Under the pieces are notes generated by a model that was not told where the DNA came from, did no database searches, and saw only the letters and a program-made list of their open reading frames with translations. The translations under genes and the position numbers were made by a program. From a virus (lineage: Duplodnaviria > Heunggongvirae > Uroviricota > Caudoviricetes), in IMG/VR virus record IMGVR_UViG_2724679539_000004: 37,547 nucleotides of DNA. One strand, given 5' to 3'. Positions 18,738 to 28,142 of the stretch are shown here, piece after piece. Position 1 is the first letter of the stretch, and the number at the start of each line of letters is the position of its first letter.

Positions 18738-19191
18738 TTCCCTGCGTGAAGCCATGACCCGTTCATGCCGATGGTGTCAGGCTAACCCGGAAAAATTCAC
18801 CATTTTCGTGGAGAGCGGCAACATTGAAACGACCGGAGAAACGCCCTCGTTTGTTTACCGCTATCAGATGGTGATGTTTGTCATGGATTACGCCGGGGAG
18901 CTGGACGACCTCACGCTGCCGCTGCTGGCGTGGTTATCCGAAAATCAGCCACAGTTGTTGCTCAATCCGGAGCGTAATCAGGACATCAAATTCTCCGCCG
19001 TTATCAATGACGATGACAGCGCCGATCTCCTGTTTACGCTCCCCCTGCGGGAACGCGTTCGCATTACGCGCAACAGTCAGGGCACACCGCAGGCAGAACA
19101 CCTGCCGGAGCCAAAACCCCGTCTGCCCTCTTCCGAAGGCGACTGGTCGCATGTATTCCAGGATGTGACGTGGGGTGAAAGCGATGGATAA
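18724..19191 (+). CDS. R: Tail completion protein R-like
   Basis: 155 aa equals P2 R size; position match. Confidence 0.7.
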   Translation: MLKTDSLREAMTRSCRWCQANPEKFTIFVESGNIETTGETPSFVYRYQMVMFVMDYAGELDDLTLPLLAWLSENQPQLLLNPERNQDIKFSAVINDDDSADLLFTLPLRERVRITRNSQGTPQAEHLPEPKPRLPSSEGDWSHVFQDVTWGESDG

Positions 19192-19819
19192 GGCATTCAC
19201 CCGCGTGGATGAAACCTTTGAGGCCATCCGCGACAGCCTGAATCAGCAGGCCATCAATAACATCGCCAGAAAGCTGGCACAGGATTTACGCCGCGCCCAG
19301 CAGGCGCGCATCCGGTCACAGAAAGCGCCGGACGGGACCGCATGGACACCACGCAGACGCCGCGTAACCCGGATACAGGAACGCATTCGCTTTATCTGGA
19401 ATAACGAAGCACGCACGCTGAAAAACTGGCATCACGACACGGGGAAATACGGGCGAACCATTACCGGGTGGGATGAGGATAAAAACAATATCCGCACGTT
19501 TTACCGGGATGACATCGACCGTTTTCTGGAAATACGCACCCGGCGCATCAACCAGGACAGCACAAAGCGCGTCCCCATGTTCGCAAAACTGCGCACCGCC
19601 CGCTACCTGAAAGCCCGTGCAGATGCTTCCGGTGTGACGGTGGGTTACAGCGGCGTGGCCGCACGTATTGCACGCGTTCATCAGTTCGGTGAGCGCGATC
19701 AGGTTGCGCCGGGCATTTTCACCGATTACCCGGTACGTGAGCTGCTGGGTATCAGCCAGGCAGATGAGCGCCTGATTTATAACACGGTGCTGGGCCGGAT
19801 TGCGGAGGCTGTACGGTGA
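19175..19819 (+). CDS. S: Tail completion/virion morphogenesis protein S-like
   Basis: 214 aa; position match. Confidence 0.65.
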   Translation: MKAMDKAFTRVDETFEAIRDSLNQQAINNIARKLAQDLRRAQQARIRSQKAPDGTAWTPRRRRVTRIQERIRFIWNNEARTLKNWHHDTGKYGRTITGWDEDKNNIRTFYRDDIDRFLEIRTRRINQDSTKRVPMFAKLRTARYLKARADASGVTVGYSGVAARIARVHQFGERDQVAPGIFTDYPVRELLGISQADERLIYNTVLGRIAEAVR

Positions 19820-20397
19820 GCGCAGAACTCATGCGGCTACTGAGCAATATCATCCGCACCGGGATCATCTCTGAAGTTGATGAGAAGTCCTGGCGCGTGC
19901 GCGTTCGCAGCGGCGAACTGGAAACAGGCTGGTTGCGCTGGAACACCACGCGCGCGGGAGCCTTCAATGTGTGGCTGCCGCCATCACCAGGCGAACAGGT
20001 GGCAATTGCCTGCATTGGCGGCAACCCGGAAACCGCCATGATAATTGGCAGCCTGTGGAGTGATGCCATTCCGGCCCCCGGAAAAAGCCTGAAAGAAATC
20101 GTGGTCAGCGCGCCGGATGGCGCGGTGTTCCGCTACGACGCGGACGCAGGCGCACTGAGCGCCAGCGGCATGAAAACAGCCACCCTGCAGGCATCCGTCA
20201 GCGTGACACTGGATACGCCCGTCGTGGAATGCACAGACCTTCTGAGAACGGCGACGCTTGACGTCACAAAAGGGGGAAAGATGAGCGGCAATATCACGCA
20301 CAGCGGCGGCAATTTCACCTCAAACGGCATTACCGTGCATACGCATAAACACGGTGGCGTTAAAGGTGGCAGCGATTCGACAGGAGGCCCGCAGTGA
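19816..20397 (+). CDS. V: Baseplate spike protein V-like
   Basis: 193 aa; position match. Confidence 0.75.
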   Translation: MSAELMRLLSNIIRTGIISEVDEKSWRVRVRSGELETGWLRWNTTRAGAFNVWLPPSPGEQVAIACIGGNPETAMIIGSLWSDAIPAPGKSLKEIVVSAPDGAVFRYDADAGALSASGMKTATLQASVSVTLDTPVVECTDLLRTATLDVTKGGKMSGNITHSGGNFTSNGITVHTHKHGGVKGGSDSTGGPQ

Positions 20398-20744
20398 CAA
20401 CCCGCTACACAGGAATGAACCCGGACGGAACGGGAAACCTGAACGATATGGAGCACCTGAAACAGTCAGTCAGGGACATCCTGACCACCCCGCTGGCAAG
20501 CCGGGTTATGCGACGGGAATATGGCAGCCTTGTGCCTGATTTGATTGACGAACCCATGAATAACACCACGCGTCTGCAATGCATGAGTGCTGCCGTGATT
20601 GCACTGACGCGATGGGAACCCCGCATTGCCCTGGACGCTATCGACGTTGTCTGGAAGGCAGGAGGCCGCGCCGGGGTGACGCTGTCGGGCACTGTCATGC
20701 AGACCATGCAGAATGTTGAATTAACCATCACGCTGAGAGAGTAA
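20394..20744 (+). CDS. W: Baseplate wedge protein W (gp25-like)
   Basis: 116 aa (P2 W 115 aa). Confidence 0.8.
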   Translation: MTTRYTGMNPDGTGNLNDMEHLKQSVRDILTTPLASRVMRREYGSLVPDLIDEPMNNTTRLQCMSAAVIALTRWEPRIALDAIDVVWKAGGRAGVTLSGTVMQTMQNVELTITLRE

Positions 20745-20747
20745 ATC

Positions 20748-21644
20748 ATGCCTGCTGTTGACCTTTCCCAGTTACCGGAACCCGCCATCATCGCGGAGCC
20801 TGATTTTGAGGCAATTCTGGCTGACACAAAGGCCATGATGATTGCGTCCTATCCCGCCGAACAGCGTGAAGCCGTTTCCGCCGCGCTGGAGCTGGAATCG
20901 GAACCCCTTAACGTTATCGCTCAAACCATGTCGTTTCGTGAAATGCTGTTACGCCAGCGGGTCAATGAGGGCGCACGCGCCTGTATGTTAAGCCACGGTT
21001 CAGGGACAAACCTGGACAACCTCGCGGGCAATATGAACACAAAGCGCCTGGTTATCACTCCGGCAACGGATACCACCGACGCGGTGATGGAGAGCGACAC
21101 CTCGCTGAGACTACGGGCGCAACGGGCGTATGACGGCCTGAGTGTTGCAGGCCCGTCAGGCGCATACGAGTATTTTGCACGCAGCGCCAGCGGTCTGGTG
21201 CGTGATGCGCGGGCCATCAGCCCGTCTCCGGCCTGTGTGACGCTTTCCATCCTGTCCACTGAGGGCGACGGCACGGCAACGGAGGCGTTGCTTAATACCG
21301 TTCGCGCCGTTCTGAATGCAGAGGATACCCGCCCGGTGGCCGACCGCCTGACCGTACAGAGCGCCAGAATCGTGACATGGCGGCTGAATGCAAAACTGTA
21401 CTTTTACCCCGGTCCGGAATCCGAACCTATTCTGGCCGCGGCGGAATCGTCATTCAGGAAGTGGCTGGCTGAACAGGGGCTTATCGGTCAGGACGTGGCG
21501 TTGTCCGCCATTGCTGCCGCACTGCATGTGCACGGCGTGCAACGCGTGGAGATAATCGAACCCACACAGAATATGGCCATCAGCGACATACAGGCGGCGC
21601 GCTGTGAGTCATTCACCATCAGCGAAGGTGGGCGCAATGAGTAA
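20748..21644 (+). CDS. J: Baseplate protein J
   Basis: 298 aa (P2 J about 302 aa). Confidence 0.8.
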   Translation: MPAVDLSQLPEPAIIAEPDFEAILADTKAMMIASYPAEQREAVSAALELESEPLNVIAQTMSFREMLLRQRVNEGARACMLSHGSGTNLDNLAGNMNTKRLVITPATDTTDAVMESDTSLRLRAQRAYDGLSVAGPSGAYEYFARSASGLVRDARAISPSPACVTLSILSTEGDGTATEALLNTVRAVLNAEDTRPVADRLTVQSARIVTWRLNAKLYFYPGPESEPILAAAESSFRKWLAEQGLIGQDVALSAIAAALHVHGVQRVEIIEPTQNMAISDIQAARCESFTISEGGRNE

Positions 21645-22245
21645 TTCACTGTTACCGCCATCAGCCAGCAGTTTCATGCGTTGTGCCGAAGCCGTCGGAA
21701 CACGCATTACAGACATTCCGGTAGACCTCAATACGCTGTGGTCGCCGGATACCTGCCCGGTGCATCTGCTGCCTTATCTCGCCTGGGCGTTTTCCGTTGA
21801 CCGCTGGGATCGCAACTGGCCGGAAGAGACAAAGCGACAGGTAATTCGTGATGCATGGCTGATACACCGACACAAAGGGACCATCAGCGCACTGCGAAGA
21901 GCCGTGGAGCCTCTCGGCTACCTGATTGAAGTAAAGGAGTGGTGGCAACTCAACGAGGAGCCAGGAACATTTCGCATTGTTGTCGGAGTACTTGATCAGG
22001 GCATCACCGATGAAATGTATCAGGAACTTGAGCGCCTTATTGCGGATGCAAAACCAGTAAGTCGCCATCTGACGGGGCTGGCGATCAGCCTGAGTGTGAA
22101 CGGAAAGATTTTCGTTGGTACGGGATGCTATCACGGCGATGCCCTGACGGTTTATCCCTACACCCCGGAGTCCATTATTGTCGAAGGGGATTATTTCCCT
22201 GCCCCGGCCATTCATTTAATTGATAATCTGAGAGTAAACGCATGA
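21637..22245 (+). CDS. I: Baseplate protein I
   Basis: 202 aa from ATG 21637 overlapping J stop. Confidence 0.75.
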   Translation: MSNSLLPPSASSFMRCAEAVGTRITDIPVDLNTLWSPDTCPVHLLPYLAWAFSVDRWDRNWPEETKRQVIRDAWLIHRHKGTISALRRAVEPLGYLIEVKEWWQLNEEPGTFRIVVGVLDQGITDEMYQELERLIADAKPVSRHLTGLAISLSVNGKIFVGTGCYHGDALTVYPYTPESIIVEGDYFPAPAIHLIDNLRVNA

Positions 22246-23912
22246 CAGTGAAATACTACGCCATTCTGACTAATCAGGGCGCGGCACGACTGGCTAACGC
22301 GACGATGCTCGGCAGTAAGCTGAATCTGACGCAAATGGCCGTTGGTGATGCAAATGGTGTGTTACCAACACCAGACCCTGCACAAACAAAACTGATTAAC
22401 CAGAAACGCATTGCACCGCTGAATCTTCTGAGTGTTGACCCTAACAATCAGAGCCAGATTATTGCGGAACAAATCATCCCTGAAAACGAGGGAGGATTCT
22501 GGATCCGTGAGATTGGTCTTTATGATGATGAAGGCGTACTTATTGCGGTGGCAAACTGCCCGGAAACGTACAAACCGCAGTTGCAGGAAGGCAGTGGACG
22601 CACCCAGACTATCCGCATGATTCTGGTTGTCACGAACACCGAAGCCATCACGCTGAAAATCGACCCGTCTGTGGTTCTGGCAACCCGCAAATATGTGGAT
22701 GATAAAATCTCAGAGCACGAACAGTCACGACGTCACCCGGACGCCTCGCTGACCGTAAAAGGTTTTACTCAGTTAAGCAGTGCAATTAACAGTGAATCAG
22801 AAACACTGGCCGCAACACCGAAAGCGGTTAAGGCTGCATATGACCTGGCTAACGGGAAATATACCGCCCAGAACGCCACCACTACACAAAAAGGGATTGT
22901 TCAGCTCAGTAGCGCCACGAACAGCACGTCTGAAACGCTGGCAGCGACACCAAAAGCTGTTAAGGCGGTAATGAATGAAACGAAAAAGAAAGCACCATTA
23001 AACAGCCCGGCACTGACCGGAACGCCAACAACACCAACGGCGGCACAGGGGACTAATAGTACCCAGATCGCAAGCACGGCTTTCGTTATGGCCGCGATTG
23101 CCGCACTTGTAGATTCGTCACCTGATGCACTGAACACGCTGAACGAACTGGCTGCGGCGCTGGGCAATGACCCGAATTTTGCGACCACCATGACTAACGC
23201 GCTTGCGGGTAAGCAACCGAAGGATGCCACCCTGACGGCGCTGGCGGAGCTTGCCACATCAGCAGATAAACTCCCATATTTTACAGGGGCAGATCGTGCC
23301 GCGTTAACCGCGTTGACAAGTGTTGGACGTGCCATTCTTGGCAAAACCAGCACTCAGGGAGTTCTTGATTACCTTGGTTTGGGGGAAGGCTCTGCGTTGC
23401 CCGTTGGTGTACCCGTTCCGTGGCCCTCAGCTACACCGCCAACGGGCTGGCTGAAATGTAACGGCGCAGCATTTTCTTCTGAAGATTACCCCAAACTGGC
23501 ACAGGCTTACCCCGCGAATAAATTACCGGATCTACGGGGTGAATTTATCCGTGGCTGGGATGATGGACGTGGCTTGGATGCTGGGCGTGCCTTGCTAAGT
23601 CTTCAGGATGACTCCTTTGAAGCGCACAGGCATGAGTCCTTTTTTTATGCGGGTATTTCACGTAATGAAACACCATTAAAAAATCTTCCAAGTTCAGACG
23701 AGATGCTGACTTTAAGTTCCACAACTAATGCCTTGTCCCCGGACAGTATTGATGCCACCAACTCGTTAATTGGTAATGACGATTACAACTGTCTTATCGA
23801 AGGGAATAAAAATAACAAACGAACAGCGACAGGACTGAGTACCAGTATTGTCGGCACAGCAGAAACACGCCCCCGCAACGTTGCATTCAATTACATCGTA
23901 AGAGCCGCATGA
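22242..23912 (+). CDS. H: Tail fibre protein H (constant N-terminal part fused to cassette 1)
   Basis: 556 aa; N-terminus MTVKYYAILTNQGAARLANA typical of P2 H/Mu S fibres; C-terminal 179 aa is the first of six cassettes. Confidence 0.85.
   Translation: MTVKYYAILTNQGAARLANATMLGSKLNLTQMAVGDANGVLPTPDPAQTKLINQKRIAPLNLLSVDPNNQSQIIAEQIIPENEGGFWIREIGLYDDEGVLIAVANCPETYKPQLQEGSGRTQTIRMILVVTNTEAITLKIDPSVVLATRKYVDDKISEHEQSRRHPDASLTVKGFTQLSSAINSESETLAATPKAVKAAYDLANGKYTAQNATTTQKGIVQLSSATNSTSETLAATPKAVKAVMNETKKKAPLNSPALTGTPTTPTAAQGTNSTQIASTAFVMAAIAALVDSSPDALNTLNELAAALGNDPNFATTMTNALAGKQPKDATLTALAELATSADKLPYFTGADRAALTALTSVGRAILGKTSTQGVLDYLGLGEGSALPVGVPVPWPSATPPTGWLKCNGAAFSSEDYPKLAQAYPANKLPDLRGEFIRGWDDGRGLDAGRALLSLQDDSFEAHRHESFFYAGISRNETPLKNLPSSDEMLTLSSTTNALSPDSIDATNSLIGNDDYNCLIEGNKNNKRTATGLSTSIVGTAETRPRNVAFNYIVRAA
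23362..23387 (+). repeat. hix/gix-like 26-bp crossover site A (inside H)
   Basis: TTCTTGATTACC-TT-GGTTTGGGGGAA; left half nearly identical to hixL as recalled. Confidence 0.6.
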
Positions 23913-23931
23913 AAACGTTGGTTTGGGGGAA
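23906..23931 (+). repeat. hix/gix-like crossover site B
   Basis: CGCATGAAAACG-TT-GGTTTGGGGGAA. Confidence 0.6.
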
Positions 23932-24429
23932 GGCTCTGCGCTGCCCGTTGGTGTGCCCGTTCCATGGCCCTCAGCCACGCCGCCAACGGGGTGGCTGAAA
24001 TGTAACGGTGCAGCATTTTCTTCTGAAATGTACCCCAATCTGGCAAAAGCCTACCCCACCAATAAATTACCGGATTTACGCGGTGAATTTATCCGTGGCT
24101 GGGATGATGGGCGTGGTGTGGATGCGGGGAGAGCAATATTATCCGCTCAGGGCGATGCCATACGTAATATCTATGGTGAGTTCAGGACTGTAAACACCGA
24201 AAATTATTCAATATGGGAATCAGTAGGCTCGTTTAAGGGGGCCGTGGTGCCTTTGAACCCCTCAACGAACAATAGTTATTTCTCCTTAGTCAGAAGTATG
24301 GTGACAGAAAGGTCCGAGGGAGGTGTTTACCCAAAAGTGATAGGCCTTGATGCTTCAAGAATTGTTCCAACTGCAAACGAAAACCGTCCTCGTAACATTG
24401 CGTTTAATTACATCGTAAGGGCAGTATGA
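23920..24429 (+). CDS. Promoterless tail-fibre C-terminal cassette 2 (tail-collar-like domain)
   Basis: No ATG; conserved N-end GEGSALPVGVPVPWPSATPPTGWLKCNGAAFSS, RGEFIRGWDDGRG collar motif, conserved C-end RPRNIAFNYIVRA, divergent middle. Confidence 0.7.
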   Translation, partial: GLGEGSALPVGVPVPWPSATPPTGWLKCNGAAFSSEMYPNLAKAYPTNKLPDLRGEFIRGWDDGRGVDAGRAILSAQGDAIRNIYGEFRTVNTENYSIWESVGSFKGAVVPLNPSTNNSYFSLVRSMVTERSEGGVYPKVIGLDASRIVPTANENRPRNIAFNYIVRAV

Positions 24430-24448
24430 AAACGTTGGTTTGGGGGAA
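24423..24448 (+). repeat. hix/gix-like crossover site C
   Basis: AGTATGAAAACG-TT-GGTTTGGGGGAA. Confidence 0.6.
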
Positions 24449-24898
24449 GGCTCTGCACTGCCCGTTGGCGTGCCCGTTCCGTGGCCTTCAGCAACACCGC
24501 CAACGGGGTGGCTGAAATGTAACGGCGCAGCATTTTCTTCTGAAATGTACCCCAATCTGGCAAAGGCTTACCCAACGTTAAAATTACCTGATTTACGCGG
24601 TGAGTTTATCCGTGGTTGGGATGATGGGCGCGGGGTGGATGCGGGAAGGGGCATCTTAAGCATACAGGGGTGGTTAACAGGAAGTCATTATCATAATATT
24701 CGGTCATGGGACGCGTGGGATAACACGGTACTGGTGCCAAATGACAAAGGAGGGGATAGTCTGTTGTCGACAGATAACGCCGTCCGGCAAGGTGCAATTA
24801 ACGGTAGATTTACCAGTCAATACAGAACGGAATCCTCAGTGGGGAATGAAACCCGCCCACGCAATATTGCCTTCAATTATATTGTGAGAACCGCATAA
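24437..24898 (+). CDS. Promoterless tail-fibre C-terminal cassette 3
   Basis: Same conserved ends, distinct central segment. Confidence 0.7.
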   Translation, partial: GLGEGSALPVGVPVPWPSATPPTGWLKCNGAAFSSEMYPNLAKAYPTLKLPDLRGEFIRGWDDGRGVDAGRGILSIQGWLTGSHYHNIRSWDAWDNTVLVPNDKGGDSLLSTDNAVRQGAINGRFTSQYRTESSVGNETRPRNIAFNYIVRTA

Positions 24899-25509
24899 TG
24901 AATAACGCGATATTAAATGATGACCTTATTGCCGTACAGGCAGGAAACATCGTCGTTTATAACTATGATGGTGAGACACGGGAATATATTTCCGAATCAA
25001 CTGAATATCTTGCTGCGGGTGTCGGTATTCCGGCAAATTCCTGTTTAGATGCCCCGGGCGCACATAAAGCGGGCTATGCTATCCGCCGTTCGGAGAATTT
25101 AAATTCATGGGAGTATACGCCAGATCATCGTGGTGAAACCGTCTATAGCACTGACACGGGAAACACCGAAGAAATCACGACGCTGGGTGACTACCCGAAA
25201 AATACAACCACTATCGCCCCGTTAACACCATACGATAAATGGGATGGTGAAAAATGGGTGACAGATACTGAGGCACAACATGGTGCCGCAGTAGAAGCGG
25301 CAGAAACCAAGCGCCAGTCACTGGCTGATGCGGCAATGGCTTCCATAAGTCTGATTCAGTTGAAGTTGCAGGCCGGGCGGAAGTTGACGCAGGCAGAAAC
25401 CACCCGGCTTAACGCCGTGCTGGATTATATAGACGCACTGAACGCAATGGATATAAACATGGCACCAGATATCAACTGGCCGGAAATACCACTGGCAGCA
25501 GCCAGTTGA
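24898..25509 (+). CDS. Tail fibre assembly chaperone (P2 gpG / Mu U family)
   Basis: 203 aa; C-terminal DINWPEIP resembles Tfa-family C-termini; lies between forward and inverted cassettes. Confidence 0.75.
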   Translation: MNNAILNDDLIAVQAGNIVVYNYDGETREYISESTEYLAAGVGIPANSCLDAPGAHKAGYAIRRSENLNSWEYTPDHRGETVYSTDTGNTEEITTLGDYPKNTTTIAPLTPYDKWDGEKWVTDTEAQHGAAVEAAETKRQSLADAAMASISLIQLKLQAGRKLTQAETTRLNAVLDYIDALNAMDINMAPDINWPEIPLAAAS

Positions 25510-25515
25510 ATATAA

Positions 25516-25995
25516 CTAAGCCGCCCTCACGATATAGTTAAATGCAATATTGCGGGGGCGGGTTTCACTACCACCTGTGTTACCAATACTTCCTCGTGAA
25601 TGAAGCGTTGGTGATGGAATCAAACTCCCTCCTGTATTTGTGGCATCAAGCCCCCTGCCTTGTGTATATGTTTTTTTGAAAATCGTGGCCAACTCCCATT
25701 CATCCTTTGTGTCATATCCATCGTTAGCTACAACAATATGGCGGTGTTTTTCCAACATCCCGGTTTGAATGCTCAATAAAGCGCGTGCTGCATCAATTCC
25801 TCGCCCATCATCCCAGCCGCGAATAAATTCGCCCCGTAAATCCGGTAATTTATTGGCGGGGTAGGCTTTTGCCAGTTTGGGGTACATTTCAGAAGAAAAT
25901 GCTGCACCGTTACATTTCAGCCAGCCCGTTGGTGGTGTTGCTAAGGGCCACGGAACGGGCACACCAACGGGCAGTGCAGAGACTTCTCCTAAACC
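25516..25995 (-). CDS. Promoterless tail-fibre C-terminal cassette 4 (inverted)
   Basis: Same conserved ends on minus strand. Confidence 0.7.
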   Translation of the reverse strand, partial: GLGEVSALPVGVPVPWPLATPPTGWLKCNGAAFSSEMYPKLAKAYPANKLPDLRGEFIRGWDDGRGIDAARALLSIQTGMLEKHRHIVVANDGYDTKDEWELATIFKKTYTQGRGLDATNTGGSLIPSPTLHSRGSIGNTGGSETRPRNIAFNYIVRAA

Positions 25996-26009
25996 AACGT
26001 TTTCATGCG
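25984..26009 (-). repeat. hix/gix-like crossover site D (inverted)
   Basis: minus strand reads CGCATGAAAACG-TT-GGTTTAGGAGAA. Confidence 0.6.
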
Positions 26010-26509
26010 GCTCTTACGATGTAATTGAATGCAACGTTGCGAGGGCGAGTTTCTGTACCTACATTTCCACTAATTTCACCAAACCGTTTTACATTACGAG
26101 AGCTAATGGCTCGTAGTGAGGAAGGCACCTTTAAACCGGGTTCGTCTGTTTTAACTATTCCCCCGTCCCCGTATGTAGCCAGTATTCCAGGGTTTACTCC
26201 TTCCCGTGCACTTCCCGCGGCAAGTCCGCCCCCGGTCCATAATTCCATATAGTGTGCATGATCCAAAATTGTGTGTGGCTGCCAATTAAGCAAAGCGCGA
26301 CCAGCATCCACCCCGCGCCCATCATCCCAGCCGCGAATAAATTCTCCCCGTAAATCCGGTAATTTATTGGCGGGGTAGGCTTTTGCCAGTTTGGGGTACA
26401 TTTCAGAAGAAAATGCTGCGCCGTTACATTTCAACCACCCCGCTGGCAGCGTGGCTGAGGGCCATGGAACGGCCACACCAACAGGCAGCGCAGAGCCTTC
26501 CCCCAAACC
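26003..26509 (-). CDS. Promoterless tail-fibre C-terminal cassette 5 (inverted)
   Basis: Same conserved ends on minus strand. Confidence 0.7.
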   Translation of the reverse strand, partial: GLGEGSALPVGVAVPWPSATLPAGWLKCNGAAFSSEMYPKLAKAYPANKLPDLRGEFIRGWDDGRGVDAGRALLNWQPHTILDHAHYMELWTGGGLAAGSAREGVNPGILATYGDGGIVKTDEPGLKVPSSLRAISSRNVKRFGEISGNVGTETRPRNVAFNYIVRAA

Positions 26510-26523
26510 AACGTTTTCATGCT
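26498..26523 (-). repeat. hix/gix-like crossover site E (inverted)
   Basis: minus strand reads AGCATGAAAACG-TT-GGTTTGGGGGAA. Confidence 0.6.
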
Positions 26524-26948
26524 GCCCTTACGATGTAATTAAACGCAATATTACGAGGACGAATGGTTACATAATTAACCCCATCACCTCGTGAAGGCCC
26601 TGCAAATGAAAAACGGGAAAAGCCTGGTTGGTTAGAAACAATTTGGTCATAGTTATTGATTGAATGACCAGACCCAATGTCGAAATTACCTCCGTAATGA
26701 GAAAAACTTGTACCATCCTGCCCTGAAAGCAGGGTACGTCCCGCATCAATCCCGCGCCCATCATCCCAGCCACGGATAAATTCACCGCGTAAATCCGGTA
26801 ATTTATTGGTGGGATAAGCCCTTGCCAGTCTGGGATACATTTCAGAAGAAAATGCTGCACCGTTACATTTCAGCCAGCCCGTTGGTGGTGTTGCTGAGGA
26901 CCACGGAACGGGCACACCAACGGGCAGTGCAGAGCCTTCCCCCAAACC
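26517..26948 (-). CDS. Promoterless tail-fibre C-terminal cassette 6 (inverted)
   Basis: Same conserved ends on minus strand. Confidence 0.7.
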   Translation of the reverse strand, partial: GLGEGSALPVGVPVPWSSATPPTGWLKCNGAAFSSEMYPRLARAYPTNKLPDLRGEFIRGWDDGRGIDAGRTLLSGQDGTSFSHYGGNFDIGSGHSINNYDQIVSNQPGFSRFSFAGPSRGDGVNYVTIRPRNIAFNYIVRAA

Positions 26949-26962
26949 AACGTTTTCGTTTT
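26937..26962 (-). repeat. hix/gix-like crossover site F (inverted, next to invertase promoter)
   Basis: minus strand reads AAAACGAAAACG-TT-GGTTTGGGGGAA. Confidence 0.55.
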
Positions 26963-27015
26963 ATCCCTACCTATACCAACTATGTATTTTTCACGAAACA
27001 AAGAGGATGTTTTTT

Positions 27016-27615
27016 ATGCAAATTGGCTATATTCGTGTGTCAACAAATGACCAGAACACGGATTTACAACGCAATGCACTGAACTGCGCAGGATGTGAAC
27101 TGATTTTTGAAGATAAAATCAGCGGAACGAAATCAGCCAGACCGGGATTGAAAAAACTGCTCAGAACGCTATCAGAAGGAGATACGCTGGTTGTCTGGAA
27201 GCTGGACAGACTGGGCAGAAGTATGAAACACCTGATCACGCTTATTGAGGAATTGCGGGAAAAAGGTGTTAATTTCCGTAGTCTGACGGACAGCATTGAC
27301 ACATCAACACCCATGGGGCGTTTCTTTTTTCACGTCATGGGGGCTTTAGCCGAAATGGAACGTGAATTAATTGTAGAGCGTACACTGGCCGGGCTGGCAG
27401 CAGCACGCGCACAAGGACGCATTGGCGGACGTCGCCCGAAGTTGACAAAAGAACAACATGAGCAAATAGCGAGACTGATTAAAAACGGTCATGACAGGAA
27501 ACAACTGGCGATCATTTACGACATCGGCATATCGACGATTTATCGTTATCACCCTGTAGGCGATATACAGGCTGAAGAAACAACCAGGCAGACTCAGGAA
27601 AATGAAAACCGCTAA
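27016..27615 (+). CDS. Serine DNA invertase (Gin/Hin/Cin/Pin family)
   Basis: 199 aa from ATG 27016; MQIGYIRVSTNDQNTDLQRNAL with catalytic Ser, GDTLVVWKLDRLGRS, C-terminal HTH; near-identical in pattern to Gin as recalled. Confidence 0.9.
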   Translation: MQIGYIRVSTNDQNTDLQRNALNCAGCELIFEDKISGTKSARPGLKKLLRTLSEGDTLVVWKLDRLGRSMKHLITLIEELREKGVNFRSLTDSIDTSTPMGRFFFHVMGALAEMERELIVERTLAGLAAARAQGRIGGRRPKLTKEQHEQIARLIKNGHDRKQLAIIYDIGISTIYRYHPVGDIQAEETTRQTQENENR

Positions 27616-27634
27616 TCTGACCATTAGCGGTTTT
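27605..27634. terminator. Bidirectional hairpin between convergent invertase and U genes
   Basis: AAAACCGCTAAT-ctgacc-ATTAGCGGTTTT perfect 12-bp stem. Confidence 0.5.
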
Positions 27635-27641
27635 GCGTTAA

Positions 27642-28136
27642 TCAAAACAGCCCTTTAACGGAGCTGGCCGCGCTGTTAAGGGATGATGTGACCTTATCTT
27701 TGAAGCCGGACAGCATATCACTGAACGATGAGGATTGCAGGCGCTCCCGCAAATCCTCATCACAGCGTTCAAGAGTCAGTGAAAATTCTATCTTTTTCGC
27801 CTTACCGTAGCGATCAAACTCGGAACGGGTCGTATTCGTTTCAGTCAGTACATACATGCCGTAAATCTGCCCGACACCATCAATCAGAGGCCAGGGGCGT
27901 CCTGTATATGCCTGCGTGGTCAGCAACGAAAGCGACACTTCGCCACCTGTAATTTCAGGATAAAGCACGCCGGAAAGCACGATGCGCTCATCACCTGCAC
28001 CGATATACTGCCAGCTTGCTGAACGGTTAACACGTTCATTTTTCACATGCCGCCAGCTTTTGTTTTGCTGTAACTGCTGATGCGGCAGTGTGCGCAGCTC
28101 AAAAACAAACATGCCGTAGATCATCATCATGGCCAT
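27642..28136 (-). CDS. U: Tail protein U-like
   Basis: 164 aa (P2 U about 159 aa); follows tape measure. Confidence 0.75.
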   Translation of the reverse strand: MAMMMIYGMFVFELRTLPHQQLQQNKSWRHVKNERVNRSASWQYIGAGDERIVLSGVLYPEITGGEVSLSLLTTQAYTGRPWPLIDGVGQIYGMYVLTETNTTRSEFDRYGKAKKIEFSLTLERCDEDLRERLQSSSFSDMLSGFKDKVTSSLNSAASSVKGLF

Positions 28137-28142
28137 GACTCC

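Noticed and set aside
23362-26962. Regularly spaced repeats that could suggest a CRISPR array
   Set aside because: The repeats are about 100-bp conserved coding ends of protein cassettes in both orientations with 350-450-bp variable cores, next to an invertase; no cas genes and no short spacer periodicity.
27605-27634. AAAACC / GGTTTT half-site-like sequences as a seventh invertase crossover site
   Set aside because: The halves are separated by a 6-nt loop inside a 12-bp perfect stem rather than a 2-bp core; better explained as a bidirectional terminator.
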